DNA of 64,000 nucleotides from an uncultured delta proteobacterium (GTDB lineage Bacteria; Desulfobacterota; RBG-13-43-22): NCBI GenBank assembly GCA_963743305.1, contig CAVUPH010000007.1, positions 96,001 to 160,000 of the forward strand, read 5' to 3'. Shown piece by piece: positions 42,080 to 51,694 of this stretch (position 1 is its first letter; each line of letters starts with the position of its first letter). The notes under the pieces were generated by a model. It saw only the letters and a program-made list of their open reading frames with translations, ran no database searches and was not told where the DNA came from. The position numbers and the translations under genes were made by a program.

Positions 42080-42449
42080 TTAAATGGAATGCAAGCCGAT
42101 CATGTTCCCTTCGGTGTCGTATAGGAGGGAGATGAATCCATACTCGCCTATGGAGGTTTTGCGCTTTTGAATCCTGGCGCCGAGCTTTTCAGCACGGCCC
42201 TCTTCAACGGCGCAATCCTCACACGCGAAGTAGACGATGGTGCTGTTGCCCCCGGACGGGTAGCCCTCCATTCTGACCAAAGCCCCCGAGATCCCCATTT
42301 GATCCATCTGCATCGGAAAACTCCAGATCTCAACGTCCGGGGTATTGAGCCGTTCCAGCTTCACTTCGAAGACGTTTTCGTAGAACATTCCTGGCCCGAT
42401 TCATATCCTGAACATAAATCTCAAACCATCTCACCGGATTATGCGCCAT
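42080..42449 (-). CDS. VOC/glyoxalase family protein (+1 frameshift near 42390)
   Basis: MAHNPVRWFEIYVQDMNRA + FYENVF...YF.C.DC..DTEGNMIGLHS. Confidence 0.85.
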
Positions 42450-42534
42450 GGGAGGTTTCCTTTCTTTCTTTTAAATGTTAGGTCAGACGTACTATCCCCC
42501 CGCTTGGGTTTCCAGGATTCGCCCTGTCCCTTCG

Positions 42535-44379
42535 TCATGGCTTTCTCAGGATCAGAGGCAACCCCAGTCGATGCGAATATAGCAGGTTTGCCGTCTCTAT
42601 GGTCAGGGTCAGGTTGTCGACGTAAAAACTGGTTATGTTCGCCCAGTCCGTTTTGGCGTGGAAACTGATGATGATAGGTATTCCGAAAAATTGGGAGGGA
42701 ATTTCCAGGCCGGGGGAGGACTTCCAGAAATCGGTCCAATCGAGGTTGCTTAAGATCAGCAGGTCCTGATAGACATAGATGTCATCCGCACGGGCTACTT
42801 CCACGTTCAGGTAATCCCAACTGAACCCGTCATTCTCCCAGGTATCGATGGCATACATGAACTTTAAGGTGGCCTTGGTGGCCGCAGCCGGAATGGTCAC
42901 CTCCTGAAACATGTAATCCAAGGCATCATCGTATCCTCCCAGCCAGGCCAGCCAGTTTCCCTGAAAGGCGCAATTGACTCCCGCCGGGCAGGGGACGACC
43001 CAGAAAATGAACCCGTTATCGATCCAGTTGCCGTCGTCGCCGTTTTCAAATCCCGGATTTTTCAGCAGATTGGTAAGGGTCCCGGAGCCGGTCTGAGAGA
43101 TGGCAATAGACTTGCTCGCGGCCGTAATAGTTCCGGTTCTGAGGATGCCCGAATTCGGGGAGACGGAATAAGTAACGGTCCCGGGACCGGTTCCGGAGGT
43201 ATTGGAGGTAAAGGTGATCCAGTTCACGTCCCTGGTGGTCGTCCAGGGGCAGCCGCTCTGGGTGTTTATGGTCAGGGTCCCTGGTCCGCCGCTGTCACCA
43301 TAATCCTGGTTGGAGGCCTGGATGGAATAGGTACAGGTCGGTGATCCGCCGCCGCTGAGCTGAACATCCAAGGTCTGCCAGAAAAAGGCGCCTAAGGGTT
43401 GGGCGTTGTAATAGTACTGGCAGTCGTAATTCAGGTTCATTCTGATACGGAACAGGCCGTTTGGGCGATTTCCCCCCGCGCCGGTCCCCCAACTGTTCAA
43501 CAGAAGCCAGGAGGGGTTGGCGGATCCGTCGTCGTATCCCAGAAGGACGACGGCGTGCCCCCCTCCTCCCCCTTGGGGATTGTAGATGGCCCCGCAATGA
43601 GCGCCCATGTCGAAAACCGCGTCTTCCCCCTGGTTGTTCCAAAAGTCGAAGAAGGTATTCCAGGCGGCCTGGTTGGGCAGAAAAAAACCGAACCAGATGG
43701 CTTTGCTCTGATTCAATACATTCTGGACATTGGTGATACTCGTTGATTGGTTCGACGACACCGGGACGGTAACCGGGGATATGGAATTGATGACGTAATT
43801 CGGAGTAGTGCCGATGGAGCCGCAGGAGACCAAACTCGAACCGGCTTCGCATTGCCGGTCCGCATCCGCGAAAAGGGCGTTGCCGTTTGTCCAGGGTACG
43901 GCGATCCCCCGCTGGCGGTACCAGTCGGCGAACATCTGCAGGGTCCCGCCGCAGCAGGCATATTGGTCCAGTTTACAGGAGTTCAGGAATTGGGTGGAAA
44001 GGCGGTCGGACACCCCGTTTTGAACGTGATGGGCGATCTCCAGGACCCCGGTGCCGGCCCAGTTCCAGCAATTGCCGCAGCTACCCTGTCTCCGCTCAGC
44101 GGGAACATAATTCAGATGGCTGAGCAGGCTCAGCGAAGTCCCCAGGTTGGCGTCTCTCAGCAGGCGGAGGTTTTTTTGAATTCCGGCATCGAGGTGGGCC
44201 AACGGCGTGGACTTATACTGCCGGATCCACTCCAGCAGGGTCTCCGGATCGGGACGCATGATCGAGGCGTTTTTGATTTCGAAATCCGGGGCCGGTTTCT
44301 CCTGGCCCTGGACGGAGGAGAGGCTGGACAAAACCAGCAAAACCATTATCCAATAAAGGGCTGCTTTTTTCATGGGCAT
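42535..44379 (-). CDS. Secreted papain-family (C1) cysteine peptidase with BACON and beta-sandwich domains
   Basis: QGSCGNCW, GHAVVLLGY, LNSWG; SGCPWT..VNWIT BACON; C-terminal LGLPLILRKP. Confidence 0.88.
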   Translation of the reverse strand: MPMKKAALYWIMVLLVLSSLSSVQGQEKPAPDFEIKNASIMRPDPETLLEWIRQYKSTPLAHLDAGIQKNLRLLRDANLGTSLSLLSHLNYVPAERRQGSCGNCWNWAGTGVLEIAHHVQNGVSDRLSTQFLNSCKLDQYACCGGTLQMFADWYRQRGIAVPWTNGNALFADADRQCEAGSSLVSCGSIGTTPNYVINSISPVTVPVSSNQSTSITNVQNVLNQSKAIWFGFFLPNQAAWNTFFDFWNNQGEDAVFDMGAHCGAIYNPQGGGGGHAVVLLGYDDGSANPSWLLLNSWGTGAGGNRPNGLFRIRMNLNYDCQYYYNAQPLGAFFWQTLDVQLSGGGSPTCTYSIQASNQDYGDSGGPGTLTINTQSGCPWTTTRDVNWITFTSNTSGTGPGTVTYSVSPNSGILRTGTITAASKSIAISQTGSGTLTNLLKNPGFENGDDGNWIDNGFIFWVVPCPAGVNCAFQGNWLAWLGGYDDALDYMFQEVTIPAAATKATLKFMYAIDTWENDGFSWDYLNVEVARADDIYVYQDLLILSNLDWTDFWKSSPGLEIPSQFFGIPIIISFHAKTDWANITSFYVDNLTLTIETANLLYSHRLGLPLILRKP

Positions 44380-44406
44380 TCTCCCGATGGAAGGTTTTAA
44401 ATTAAA

Positions 44407-44865
44407 TTATCTGGTTCCGTAGTCGCTCAGGTCAATCCCGGCCAACTCAAACAGGGTCGGGGTGCAGGTCCCCTGGATGATGACCTGCAGCAGGCACTCA
44501 AAAATACGGCCCGTTTCGATTTTGTATTTTTCAAGGAATTTTTTACTGAGATAAGTTCCGTTTTTCATGGTCAGCAAAAATATCCTCCCTTCCGTTTGGG
44601 CGAAGGGTTCGATAATTTTACCCTCGGGTTGAAAAGAGTACCTTACCTCAAACGTTGTTTCGGTTTTTTCGGGTGAGATTATCGGTTGGATGGAGATGAT
44701 TTGGGCTCGGCCTGGGTAACTCTTGTATTTGCAGGGACCGCCCATTACCGGGCCCCCCGCCGCGGCGGCTCCCAGGTCTCCAGGACCGGGGACGGTCAGT
44801 CCCCAAAAAAGAAGACCAAGGGTGAGGATGGACGGAAGGGACCTGGATATGTAGCACATTTCCAT
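44407..44865 (-). CDS. Hypothetical exported protein
   Basis: Signal-like N-terminus; GGPC.Y..YPG and GTCTP. Confidence 0.6.
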   Translation of the reverse strand: MEMCYISRSLPSILTLGLLFWGLTVPGPGDLGAAAAGGPVMGGPCKYKSYPGRAQIISIQPIISPEKTETTFEVRYSFQPEGKIIEPFAQTEGRIFLLTMKNGTYLSKKFLEKYKIETGRIFECLLQVIIQGTCTPTLFELAGIDLSDYGTR

Positions 44866-45127
44866 ATAAACCCCCTTTGGCCCACGGCGGGCCAACCCAA
44901 GCCTGAAAATACAATTTTTTTATCGTTTAAGTTGTTGCGAGGAGTGAAACAATGATTAATTAGATATATTATACAACATATAATATACCAAAAAAAAACT
45001 AAAAAGTCGAATTTGGGGGATATTTCATTCGGACCTTGACAGATTACCCGGCGGCTGATTAAATCATTTTTGCCAGGGGCTTGAGATTAGCAAGAATCCA
45101 AAGAAGTCAGATAGGGGGAATTTCCGG

Positions 45128-47155
45128 ATGAAACCGACCAATAATGCTTTTATAAAAAATGAAATCGATACGTTATCCATAAATCTCATCCGAATGTTGA
45201 GCGCCGATGCCGTACAGCAGGCCAACTCCGGCCACCCGGGGTTGCCCATGGGGGCGGCGCCCATGGCCTATGTGCTTTGGACGCGCTTTCTGAAGCACAA
45301 TCCGGCCAACCCGAAGTGGTTTGACCGGGACCGGTTTGTTCTTTCGGCCGGTCATGGGTCCATGCTGCTTTACAGCCTTCTTTTTCTGACCGGCTATGGT
45401 CTGACCTTAGACGATTTGAAAGCCTTTCGCCAATGGGGCAGCAAGACTCCGGGACACCCGGAATACGGTCATACCCCCGGAGTGGAAACCACCACCGGTC
45501 CTTTGGGGCAGGGTTTGGCCAATGGGGTGGGGATGGCCATGGCCGAAGCCTTTTTAGCGGCCCGTTTCAATCGTCCCGGTTTCCCCTTGGTGGACCATTA
45601 TACTTACGGGATTGTGAGCGACGGCGATTTGATGGAAGGGGTGTCTCACGAGGCGGCCTCCCTGGCCGGACACCTGAAGCTGGGCAAGCTGATTTATCTG
45701 TACGATGATAATCATATTTCCATCGAGGGTGGTACGGGCATCGCCTTCACCGAAGACCGGCTGAAGCGGTTTGAGGCGTATGAATGGCACGTGCAGCAGG
45801 TGGAAGACGGCAATGATTTGGAGGCCATCACCCGGGCCATCCAGGCCGCCCAAAAGGAAACGCAACGCCCTTCCCTGATCGCCGTCCGGACGATGATCGG
45901 CTGGGGAAGTCCCAACAAGCAGAATAAGGCCTCGGCCCACGGGGAACCCTTGGGGGTGGAGGAAGTAGGCCTGACCAAGGCCAACTTGTGCTGGCCGGCG
46001 GAACCCTCGTTTTGCGTGCCCGAACCGGCGCTGGCGGTTTTTCGGCAAGCGGTAGATCAGGGGAAGAAAATCGAAAACGAGTGGTCCTCCCTGGAGCATT
46101 CGTATGAACAGCTTTTCCCGGAACCGGCCCGTGAATTCAAACAGACCCTCCGGGGTGAACTGCCGAAAGGCTGGGACGCAGACATCCCTTCCTTCCCGGC
46201 CGATCCCCAGGGCACGGCCACCCGCAACACCTCGGGCAAGGTGCTGAACGCCCTCGCCGCCCGGATTCCGTATCTGCTTGGCGGCTCGGCCGATCTGGCC
46301 CCTTCCACAAAAACGTTGATCGCCGGCTCCCAGGATTTTACCAGTGGGCAGTTCGATCAGCGCAATATCCATTTCGGCGTCCGGGAACACGGTATGGGTT
46401 CGATCCTGAACGGAATGGCCCTGCATGGCGGCGTGATCCCTTATGGAGCCACCTTTTTGATCTTCTCCGATTACATGCGGCCGCCCATGCGGCTGGCGGC
46501 CATGATGGGTTTGAAGGTGATTTATGTCTTTACCCACGACAGCATCGGTTTGGGTGAGGACGGCCCGACCCATCAGCCTATCGAACAATTGGCCGGCCTC
46601 CGCTCCGTTCCCAACTTGACGGTCATCCGCCCGGCCGATGCCAACGAAACGGCCGAGGCCTGGCGTCAGGCCATCCGGCTCGATGGACCGGTTGCCCTGA
46701 TCCTGACCCGGCAAAATGTCCCGACCTTGGACCGGACCCGGACGAATCCGGCTTCCGGCCTGGCCCGGGGCGGGTATGTCGTCAATAGATTGGAGGGGAA
46801 AAAGCCGGCGATCATCCTGATCGGGACCGGCTCCGAGCTGTCTCTGGCTTTGGAAGCGGCGGCCCAACTGGAGGCCCGGGGGAAAACGGTCCAGGTGGTC
46901 AGTCTGCCGAGCTGGGAATTGTTTGATCGTCAGCCCCAATCCTATCGGGATGAAGTGCTGCCCCCGACCGTCAAGGCCCGGGTGTCGATCGAGGCCGGCA
47001 GCCCCCAGGGCTGGGAACGCTACGTGGGGGACCAGGGCCGAATCATCGGCCTCGATCACTTCGGCGCCTCGGCTCCCTACAAGATTCTCTATCAACAGTT
47101 CGGGATAACGGTGGAGCGGCTGGTCGAAGCGGCCCTGCAGGTATCGGAGGGATAA
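45128..47155 (+). CDS. tkt: Transketolase
   Basis: [53 protein letters not shown]. Confidence 0.97.
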   Translation: MKPTNNAFIKNEIDTLSINLIRMLSADAVQQANSGHPGLPMGAAPMAYVLWTRFLKHNPANPKWFDRDRFVLSAGHGSMLLYSLLFLTGYGLTLDDLKAFRQWGSKTPGHPEYGHTPGVETTTGPLGQGLANGVGMAMAEAFLAARFNRPGFPLVDHYTYGIVSDGDLMEGVSHEAASLAGHLKLGKLIYLYDDNHISIEGGTGIAFTEDRLKRFEAYEWHVQQVEDGNDLEAITRAIQAAQKETQRPSLIAVRTMIGWGSPNKQNKASAHGEPLGVEEVGLTKANLCWPAEPSFCVPEPALAVFRQAVDQGKKIENEWSSLEHSYEQLFPEPAREFKQTLRGELPKGWDADIPSFPADPQGTATRNTSGKVLNALAARIPYLLGGSADLAPSTKTLIAGSQDFTSGQFDQRNIHFGVREHGMGSILNGMALHGGVIPYGATFLIFSDYMRPPMRLAAMMGLKVIYVFTHDSIGLGEDGPTHQPIEQLAGLRSVPNLTVIRPADANETAEAWRQAIRLDGPVALILTRQNVPTLDRTRTNPASGLARGGYVVNRLEGKKPAIILIGTGSELSLALEAAAQLEARGKTVQVVSLPSWELFDRQPQSYRDEVLPPTVKARVSIEAGSPQGWERYVGDQGRIIGLDHFGASAPYKILYQQFGITVERLVEAALQVSEG

Positions 47156-47261
47156 GATTCACCTCGAAATACCCACTTCCGACTATTTACTTTTTCCCCA
47201 TCGGCCGGTATTATATTGAAATCTACTAAGGGAAAAAACCAGTTAGCGAAGGGAGAAAACC

Positions 47262-47540
47262 ATGGAGGAAAAGGAAAAATACAGAGCCCAAGTACAAGCC
47301 CAAATGATTAAATTCCACGAAACCCTATCCGAAATCAAATTGAAGATGCAGCAGAGGAACGAAAACCAACCGAATCTGTCCCTGGATCCCTTCATTCAGA
47401 AACATGAAAGGGCCCAGGCCAAGTTGAAGGAATTGGAGCAGGCCGATGAAAAGAGTTGGCCCGTGGCCAAAGCCGAACTGGACGACATGATGGGCGACAT
47501 GGACGCCGAACTGAGGAAGGCCTGGGCCTATTTACCTTAA
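47262..47540 (+). CDS. Small coiled-coil hypothetical protein
   Basis: RBS GGGAG; helical, ending KL.EL..A....W. Confidence 0.6.
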   Translation: MEEKEKYRAQVQAQMIKFHETLSEIKLKMQQRNENQPNLSLDPFIQKHERAQAKLKELEQADEKSWPVAKAELDDMMGDMDAELRKAWAYLP

Positions 47541-47597
47541 ACTAAGTTGGTGTTCAGCAGGGGGTTGAGGGACCAGAGGGTATCCCTTAGCATAGGA

Positions 47598-48359
47598 TCA
47601 TCCCGGCAACGATTGTTTGGCTGCATTCCAGGCTTTTCTCAGCAGGTCAAGTGACCCCGGCCGAGTCTCGGTCCGGAAGCCGAACATCCGATTGAATTCC
47701 TCGATATTGTCTCGCATGGCTTTCTCGGAAAGGAGGCCGTTGGGTATGAGGAGGGAACGTTCATAACCGGAGTCGCTGAAGAGGCGGCCGGCCAATTCCT
47801 CGCTCCAGCCGCCCGCCTCTTTTCTGAAGATGTTTTTCCAATGCCGGGTCCAGCCTGGGATCATGAAGAATGTCCCGGCCACCCGGCACTGCTCTTGGTA
47901 ATAGTTTTCCCGCCCGCCGATGATCAGCCCTACGCAGTCATCCACCGGGTGATCCTCATCCCAGGGAATAAATACCGGCACTCCGGAATCGGCCAGCAAG
48001 GCCGCCGGGTCGGCCAGGGCGTTGCCGCAGAGGCCGTAGCCCAGCAGGAGGGCATCCACCCGGGGGCCCATTTCCTTTGCCGCCGCGGCCAGCCCTTCCT
48101 GGAGCAGACGTTTCCGGCTGTGCAGGCCTAGTTCCAGGACCCGGATCAGCACCTCCAACCCGTTATCCGCATCTCGAACAAATTCTTCGGATCCTTTTAT
48201 CCGTCGGGGACGGAGGCCCGATTCTTCCAGCAGGGCGGTCAACGTTCGGGAGTAATCATTCTCGACCACGGTTACCCGGGTGATTTCCGGGTCCGAGACC
48301 AGCAGATGCGCGAATTCCAGTTCGAGTATCTCACAGGTAAGAATACCAAGGGTAGGCAT
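47598..48359 (-). CDS. DUF1638-family protein
   Basis: C..LE.E, LGLH, LGYGLCGN, DDCV..IIGG, FF.IPGW. Confidence 0.8.
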   Translation of the reverse strand: MPTLGILTCEILELEFAHLLVSDPEITRVTVVENDYSRTLTALLEESGLRPRRIKGSEEFVRDADNGLEVLIRVLELGLHSRKRLLQEGLAAAAKEMGPRVDALLLGYGLCGNALADPAALLADSGVPVFIPWDEDHPVDDCVGLIIGGRENYYQEQCRVAGTFFMIPGWTRHWKNIFRKEAGGWSEELAGRLFSDSGYERSLLIPNGLLSEKAMRDNIEEFNRMFGFRTETRPGSLDLLRKAWNAAKQSLPG

Positions 48360-48365
48360 GATTTT

Positions 48366-48563
48366 TTATTCGGAGAGTATGACCTTAACCCGGCCGACCA
48401 GCCCGCCGATCAGTCGCACTTTTATCCCGTGGGGGTGAGTGGGCGAGTGGGTGAGAATCTCCTGGACGATTCCTTCGGTCAGTTTCCCGGAACCCTGGTC
48501 CTGTTTCTGCACTACCTGAACCCGAATTCCCGGTTGGATATCAGTTCTCTTTTTGCCGTCCAT
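48366..48563 (-). CDS. YwbE/DUF2196 family protein
   Basis: K.DQ.SGKLTEG.V..ILT.SPTHPHGIKVRL..G.VGRV. Confidence 0.88.
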   Translation of the reverse strand: MDGKKRTDIQPGIRVQVVQKQDQGSGKLTEGIVQEILTHSPTHPHGIKVRLIGGLVGRVKVILSE

Positions 48564-48607
48564 GGCTGAAGCTATCTAGGTTATTCCCAGGCCGACAGAA
48601 AACCTCG

Positions 48608-49167
48608 CTATAGCCATTCCACTGTCACAAGACTACCCAATTTTTTGAATTCGGGGTCCGCGGTGAGGATGGAGGCCTGGAAGCGGATAGCCGTGGCGGC
48701 GGCGAAGCAATCGGCATAAGAAATGGGGTGCCGGGCCTTGATTTCTGCCGCTTTCCAGATAAGGTCGCTGTCGGGGAGGACAAGTTCAATGAGTAGACGC
48801 AGGAAGTTTTCAAGAAATATTTTCGCTTCCGGCAGGCCGGACCGGCGGATTACCAAATAATAGACTTCCCCCAGATTGATCTGGTTCATATAGCCATTGA
48901 GGGATTGATCCCGGCAGGCCATCAACAGAGAGCGGACTCGCTGATAGCCTTTTTCCTTTCCTCGATCAATTCGTCAGCCAAGGACCCCGGCCGGTCTCTT
49001 AAAAAGCCGGTGAGGAATTCGATGGGATCGTCCGGAAGCGCTCGGATTTCCACATGATCGTCCACCCATTTAACGGATAGCGATTTACCTGGAGTAGCAC
49101 CCATTTTATTTCGTATTTCTTTTGGCAAAACAATTTGACCTTTAGAGTATGTTTTGACGATTGGTAT
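48608..49167 (-). pseudogene. Decayed AbrB-antitoxin/VapC(PIN) pair
   Basis: KGQIVLPKEIR with start mutated to ATA; PIN lacks its N-terminal strand but keeps INLGEVYY, ISYADCFA, LTADPEF. Confidence 0.75.
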
Positions 49168-49260
49168 TTTAAATATCCTCCCATAAGGAGGAAGACAGGG
49201 TCCCTTGCAGAAATAGTAATAATTCAGGCCGGTTTAATAATAATAAAGCCCGGCCTGAAT

Positions 49261-49523
49261 TAACCTGCACATTGCATAAAAAACAGGGCGGAAAACTATA
49301 TGGGCTAATATCCATGGGGGTTCCCCGGGAATTTTCTTTCTTTTAAGAAATTCACCTGGGGTGAACTATAGTTTTCATCAAGTTCCACCCTGTTTTTTAC
49401 CCTCCGGGAAAGCCGTGTGAGGCCTCATCTCCTTTGTTGTCAAGGGCTCGCGGTATACGTATACAGCTTCGCCCTTGACGCCTCGGATCTGAGGCCTCCT
49501 CGGCTTTTGCAACATCCAGGTTA
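49261..49523. mobile_element. 263-bp structured MITE-like element, copy 2
   Basis: TAACCTGCACATTGCA...TGCAACATCCAGGTTA; same length and orientation as copy 1. Confidence 0.85.
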
Positions 49524-49538
49524 ATTACCTTCTGCAAG

Positions 49539-49889
49539 TTATGCCCGGTTATAAGTAGCCGACCCCCCTCCTGAATTCAGCGTGAAACTATTGACCGCCG
49601 TGGCGGTCAGATTAATAGTGGCCGGCTGGGCGGATCCCGTAGAAATCGTTACCTGGGTCCCCGATTGAGTCCAGGTGAAGTTTGAATTGATACTCCCTTG
49701 GTAAGAGCCGGTTCCATTTGAATTGAAGACAATGGTTGGAGGAAAATTCCCATTGGAATTGGTCAATTTCCAGGTGCCGATTAATGTGGAGGAAGCGTCT
49801 CCTCCGCTGTTCGTGCCGCTGCTGCTGCAACCCATTCCCAGAGCCAAAACCAGAACCAAAGTCACTAATAAATAAATTTTCAAACGCAT
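49539..49889 (-). CDS. Small Ser/Thr/Gly-rich lipoprotein (lipocalin-like beta fold)
   Basis: Lipobox LGMGC; LIGTWK..F.SNGTG. Confidence 0.7.
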   Translation of the reverse strand: MRLKIYLLVTLVLVLALGMGCSSSGTNSGGDASSTLIGTWKLTNSNGNFPPTIVFNSNGTGSYQGSINSNFTWTQSGTQVTISTGSAQPATINLTATAVNSFTLNSGGGSATYNRA

Positions 49890-49917
49890 CTCTTTTTCCT
49901 CCTCCTTTTTTTTAAAA

Positions 49918-50640
49918 TCACGGGTTGACTGATTTATTTCCCTCGAGGGTTAAAACCTGTATTTCGGCATAATCACCAATGGCGTGCGATTGGGTATCGT
50001 CCGAGTCGGTTAATACCGCCAATCCGGAGGTTGTCGGACTTCTTTCGGCCTCGCCGTAGAGCTCGCGATAATCGGCAAGCACATTCCTCCTTTCGTTCAC
50101 CCAGGCCCCCTGGCGGGACCGTCCGCTACGAACCACTACGATTTTGGTCGTCGAGGAATACGGGGAGGCAAAGGTGGTCCCGGCCGGAAGCGCGTCACTC
50201 CAGATATATTTGATCGTTTTGATAAAGGGCCAATGGCCGAAAACCACGTACAGACCGAGGACGCTGTCGTTTCGGCTTTTTTCCCGTTCGTTGCTGTTAA
50301 CCGGGAAAACCACGGCCCGCCACTGCCATTGCAACAGGGGAAATTCCCGCAGGGCCCAGGGACGTTCGTAGCCCAGTTGGTCTCTCGTACCCTTGGCGTC
50401 CGCATGGAGAAACCGTTTGCCATTCTCTGCCTGGACCGTATAGACCCGGTTGGCGCTTTTCTCGTCCCACGATATCCAACCTGAAGGCAGCTTGCCGATC
50501 TCCTCGGCCTGAAAGTTTATCCGGAACGGGGTCTGGGCGAACAGCCTGGTTGAACATCCCAGGAAGATGATCAGGATCATCATCCCCATCTGTTCGTGCC
50601 GAGTGTAAATCCGCCCCCTTGGCCGGTGGGTTTTATTCAT
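49918..50640 (-). CDS. DUF3047-family exported protein
   Basis: P.L.W.W, YIWS, W..ERRNV.ADY..L.G, TDSDDT. Confidence 0.8.
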   Translation of the reverse strand: MNKTHRPRGRIYTRHEQMGMMILIIFLGCSTRLFAQTPFRINFQAEEIGKLPSGWISWDEKSANRVYTVQAENGKRFLHADAKGTRDQLGYERPWALREFPLLQWQWRAVVFPVNSNEREKSRNDSVLGLYVVFGHWPFIKTIKYIWSDALPAGTTFASPYSSTTKIVVVRSGRSRQGAWVNERRNVLADYRELYGEAERSPTTSGLAVLTDSDDTQSHAIGDYAEIQVLTLEGNKSVNP

Positions 50641-50853
50641 AAGGTCAACTTAAAAAACAACCCTGGAAAGAATTCCCGGTCGATTGAGAAGGATTGGATT
50701 TTAAGGCAAATCCAGTGATTAAAAGCCAGCGCCTGGATAAAATCCTTTGGTTGAAAAATTCCATTTGAATTAATTTCTATACTCAATTACCGTGATTCTC
50801 AAGAATTTTTTCTAATAAAACAGAAATACGAATTAAATGGAGGCCTGTTTCAA

Positions 50854-51669
50854 ATGCCAAAAAGAACTATCACCCTGGTTTCGTTACTCATTCTGAACCT
50901 CTTCACCTGGACCGCCGCCTGGGTCTGGGCGGCTCCGTTATCTCTGGACCAGAACATCAAGGCGATTTTGGCTAAACAGACCGAAGTCAGAAACGGATTT
51001 GATTTCGTGGCCCTGGGGGACAGCCGGGACGGTGCGGACGTTTACGCCCGCTTGTTAACCCGGGTCAAGAGTCTCCATCCTCTTTTTATCCTCCATACGG
51101 GAGATTTTGTAAAAAGTGGGGACCCGGTCGAATATGAAAACTATAGTAAACAGATCGCCGCACTGGATATCCCGATAGTGCACCTTCCGGGAAATCATGA
51201 CGTCCGTGCCGGGCACGATATCTATCGCCAATATGTGGGAGAAGCTAACTGGTATTTCGACCTGGGGGATATCCGTTTCATCGGCTTGGATAACGGAAGT
51301 GGAAAGTTCACAGCGGAGGCCTTGGCCTTAGCCCGGCATGCGCTCACCAGCCAAAAAACCTGTCTGGTAGCCTTCCATTACCCTCCGGCAGTAGGCCGTT
51401 GGAGCGTTCACGCCATGATCGACGATCAAAAAGGAGGGCAGGGCGGATTGGTATTGGATTTAATAAAAAAAGCCAAAGTGCCCCTGGTCTTACTCGGGCA
51501 TATCCATCTCTATGATGAAATGGACATCGACGGCACCCAGTACGTCATTACCGCCGGAGGAGGCGCCAGGCTCTACAGTAAATATAATTTCGGAAAAGCG
51601 GAATACGGTTTTCTTCTCGTCCAGGTAAGGCCCCAGGGGATCACCCACCGCTGGGTGCCTTTGGACTAA
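50854..51669 (+). CDS. Exported metallophosphoesterase
   Basis: GDSR, TGDFV, PGNHD, GHIH. Confidence 0.88.
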   Translation: MPKRTITLVSLLILNLFTWTAAWVWAAPLSLDQNIKAILAKQTEVRNGFDFVALGDSRDGADVYARLLTRVKSLHPLFILHTGDFVKSGDPVEYENYSKQIAALDIPIVHLPGNHDVRAGHDIYRQYVGEANWYFDLGDIRFIGLDNGSGKFTAEALALARHALTSQKTCLVAFHYPPAVGRWSVHAMIDDQKGGQGGLVLDLIKKAKVPLVLLGHIHLYDEMDIDGTQYVITAGGGARLYSKYNFGKAEYGFLLVQVRPQGITHRWVPLD

Positions 51670-51694
51670 CCCTTCGTTTCAGTCCCTTCGCTCC

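Noticed and set aside
45554-47095. Long antisense ORFs (also 1318-2310, 7152-7895, 52622-53608 and others)
   Set aside because: Shadows of well-supported genes in GC-rich DNA with no recognisable motifs.
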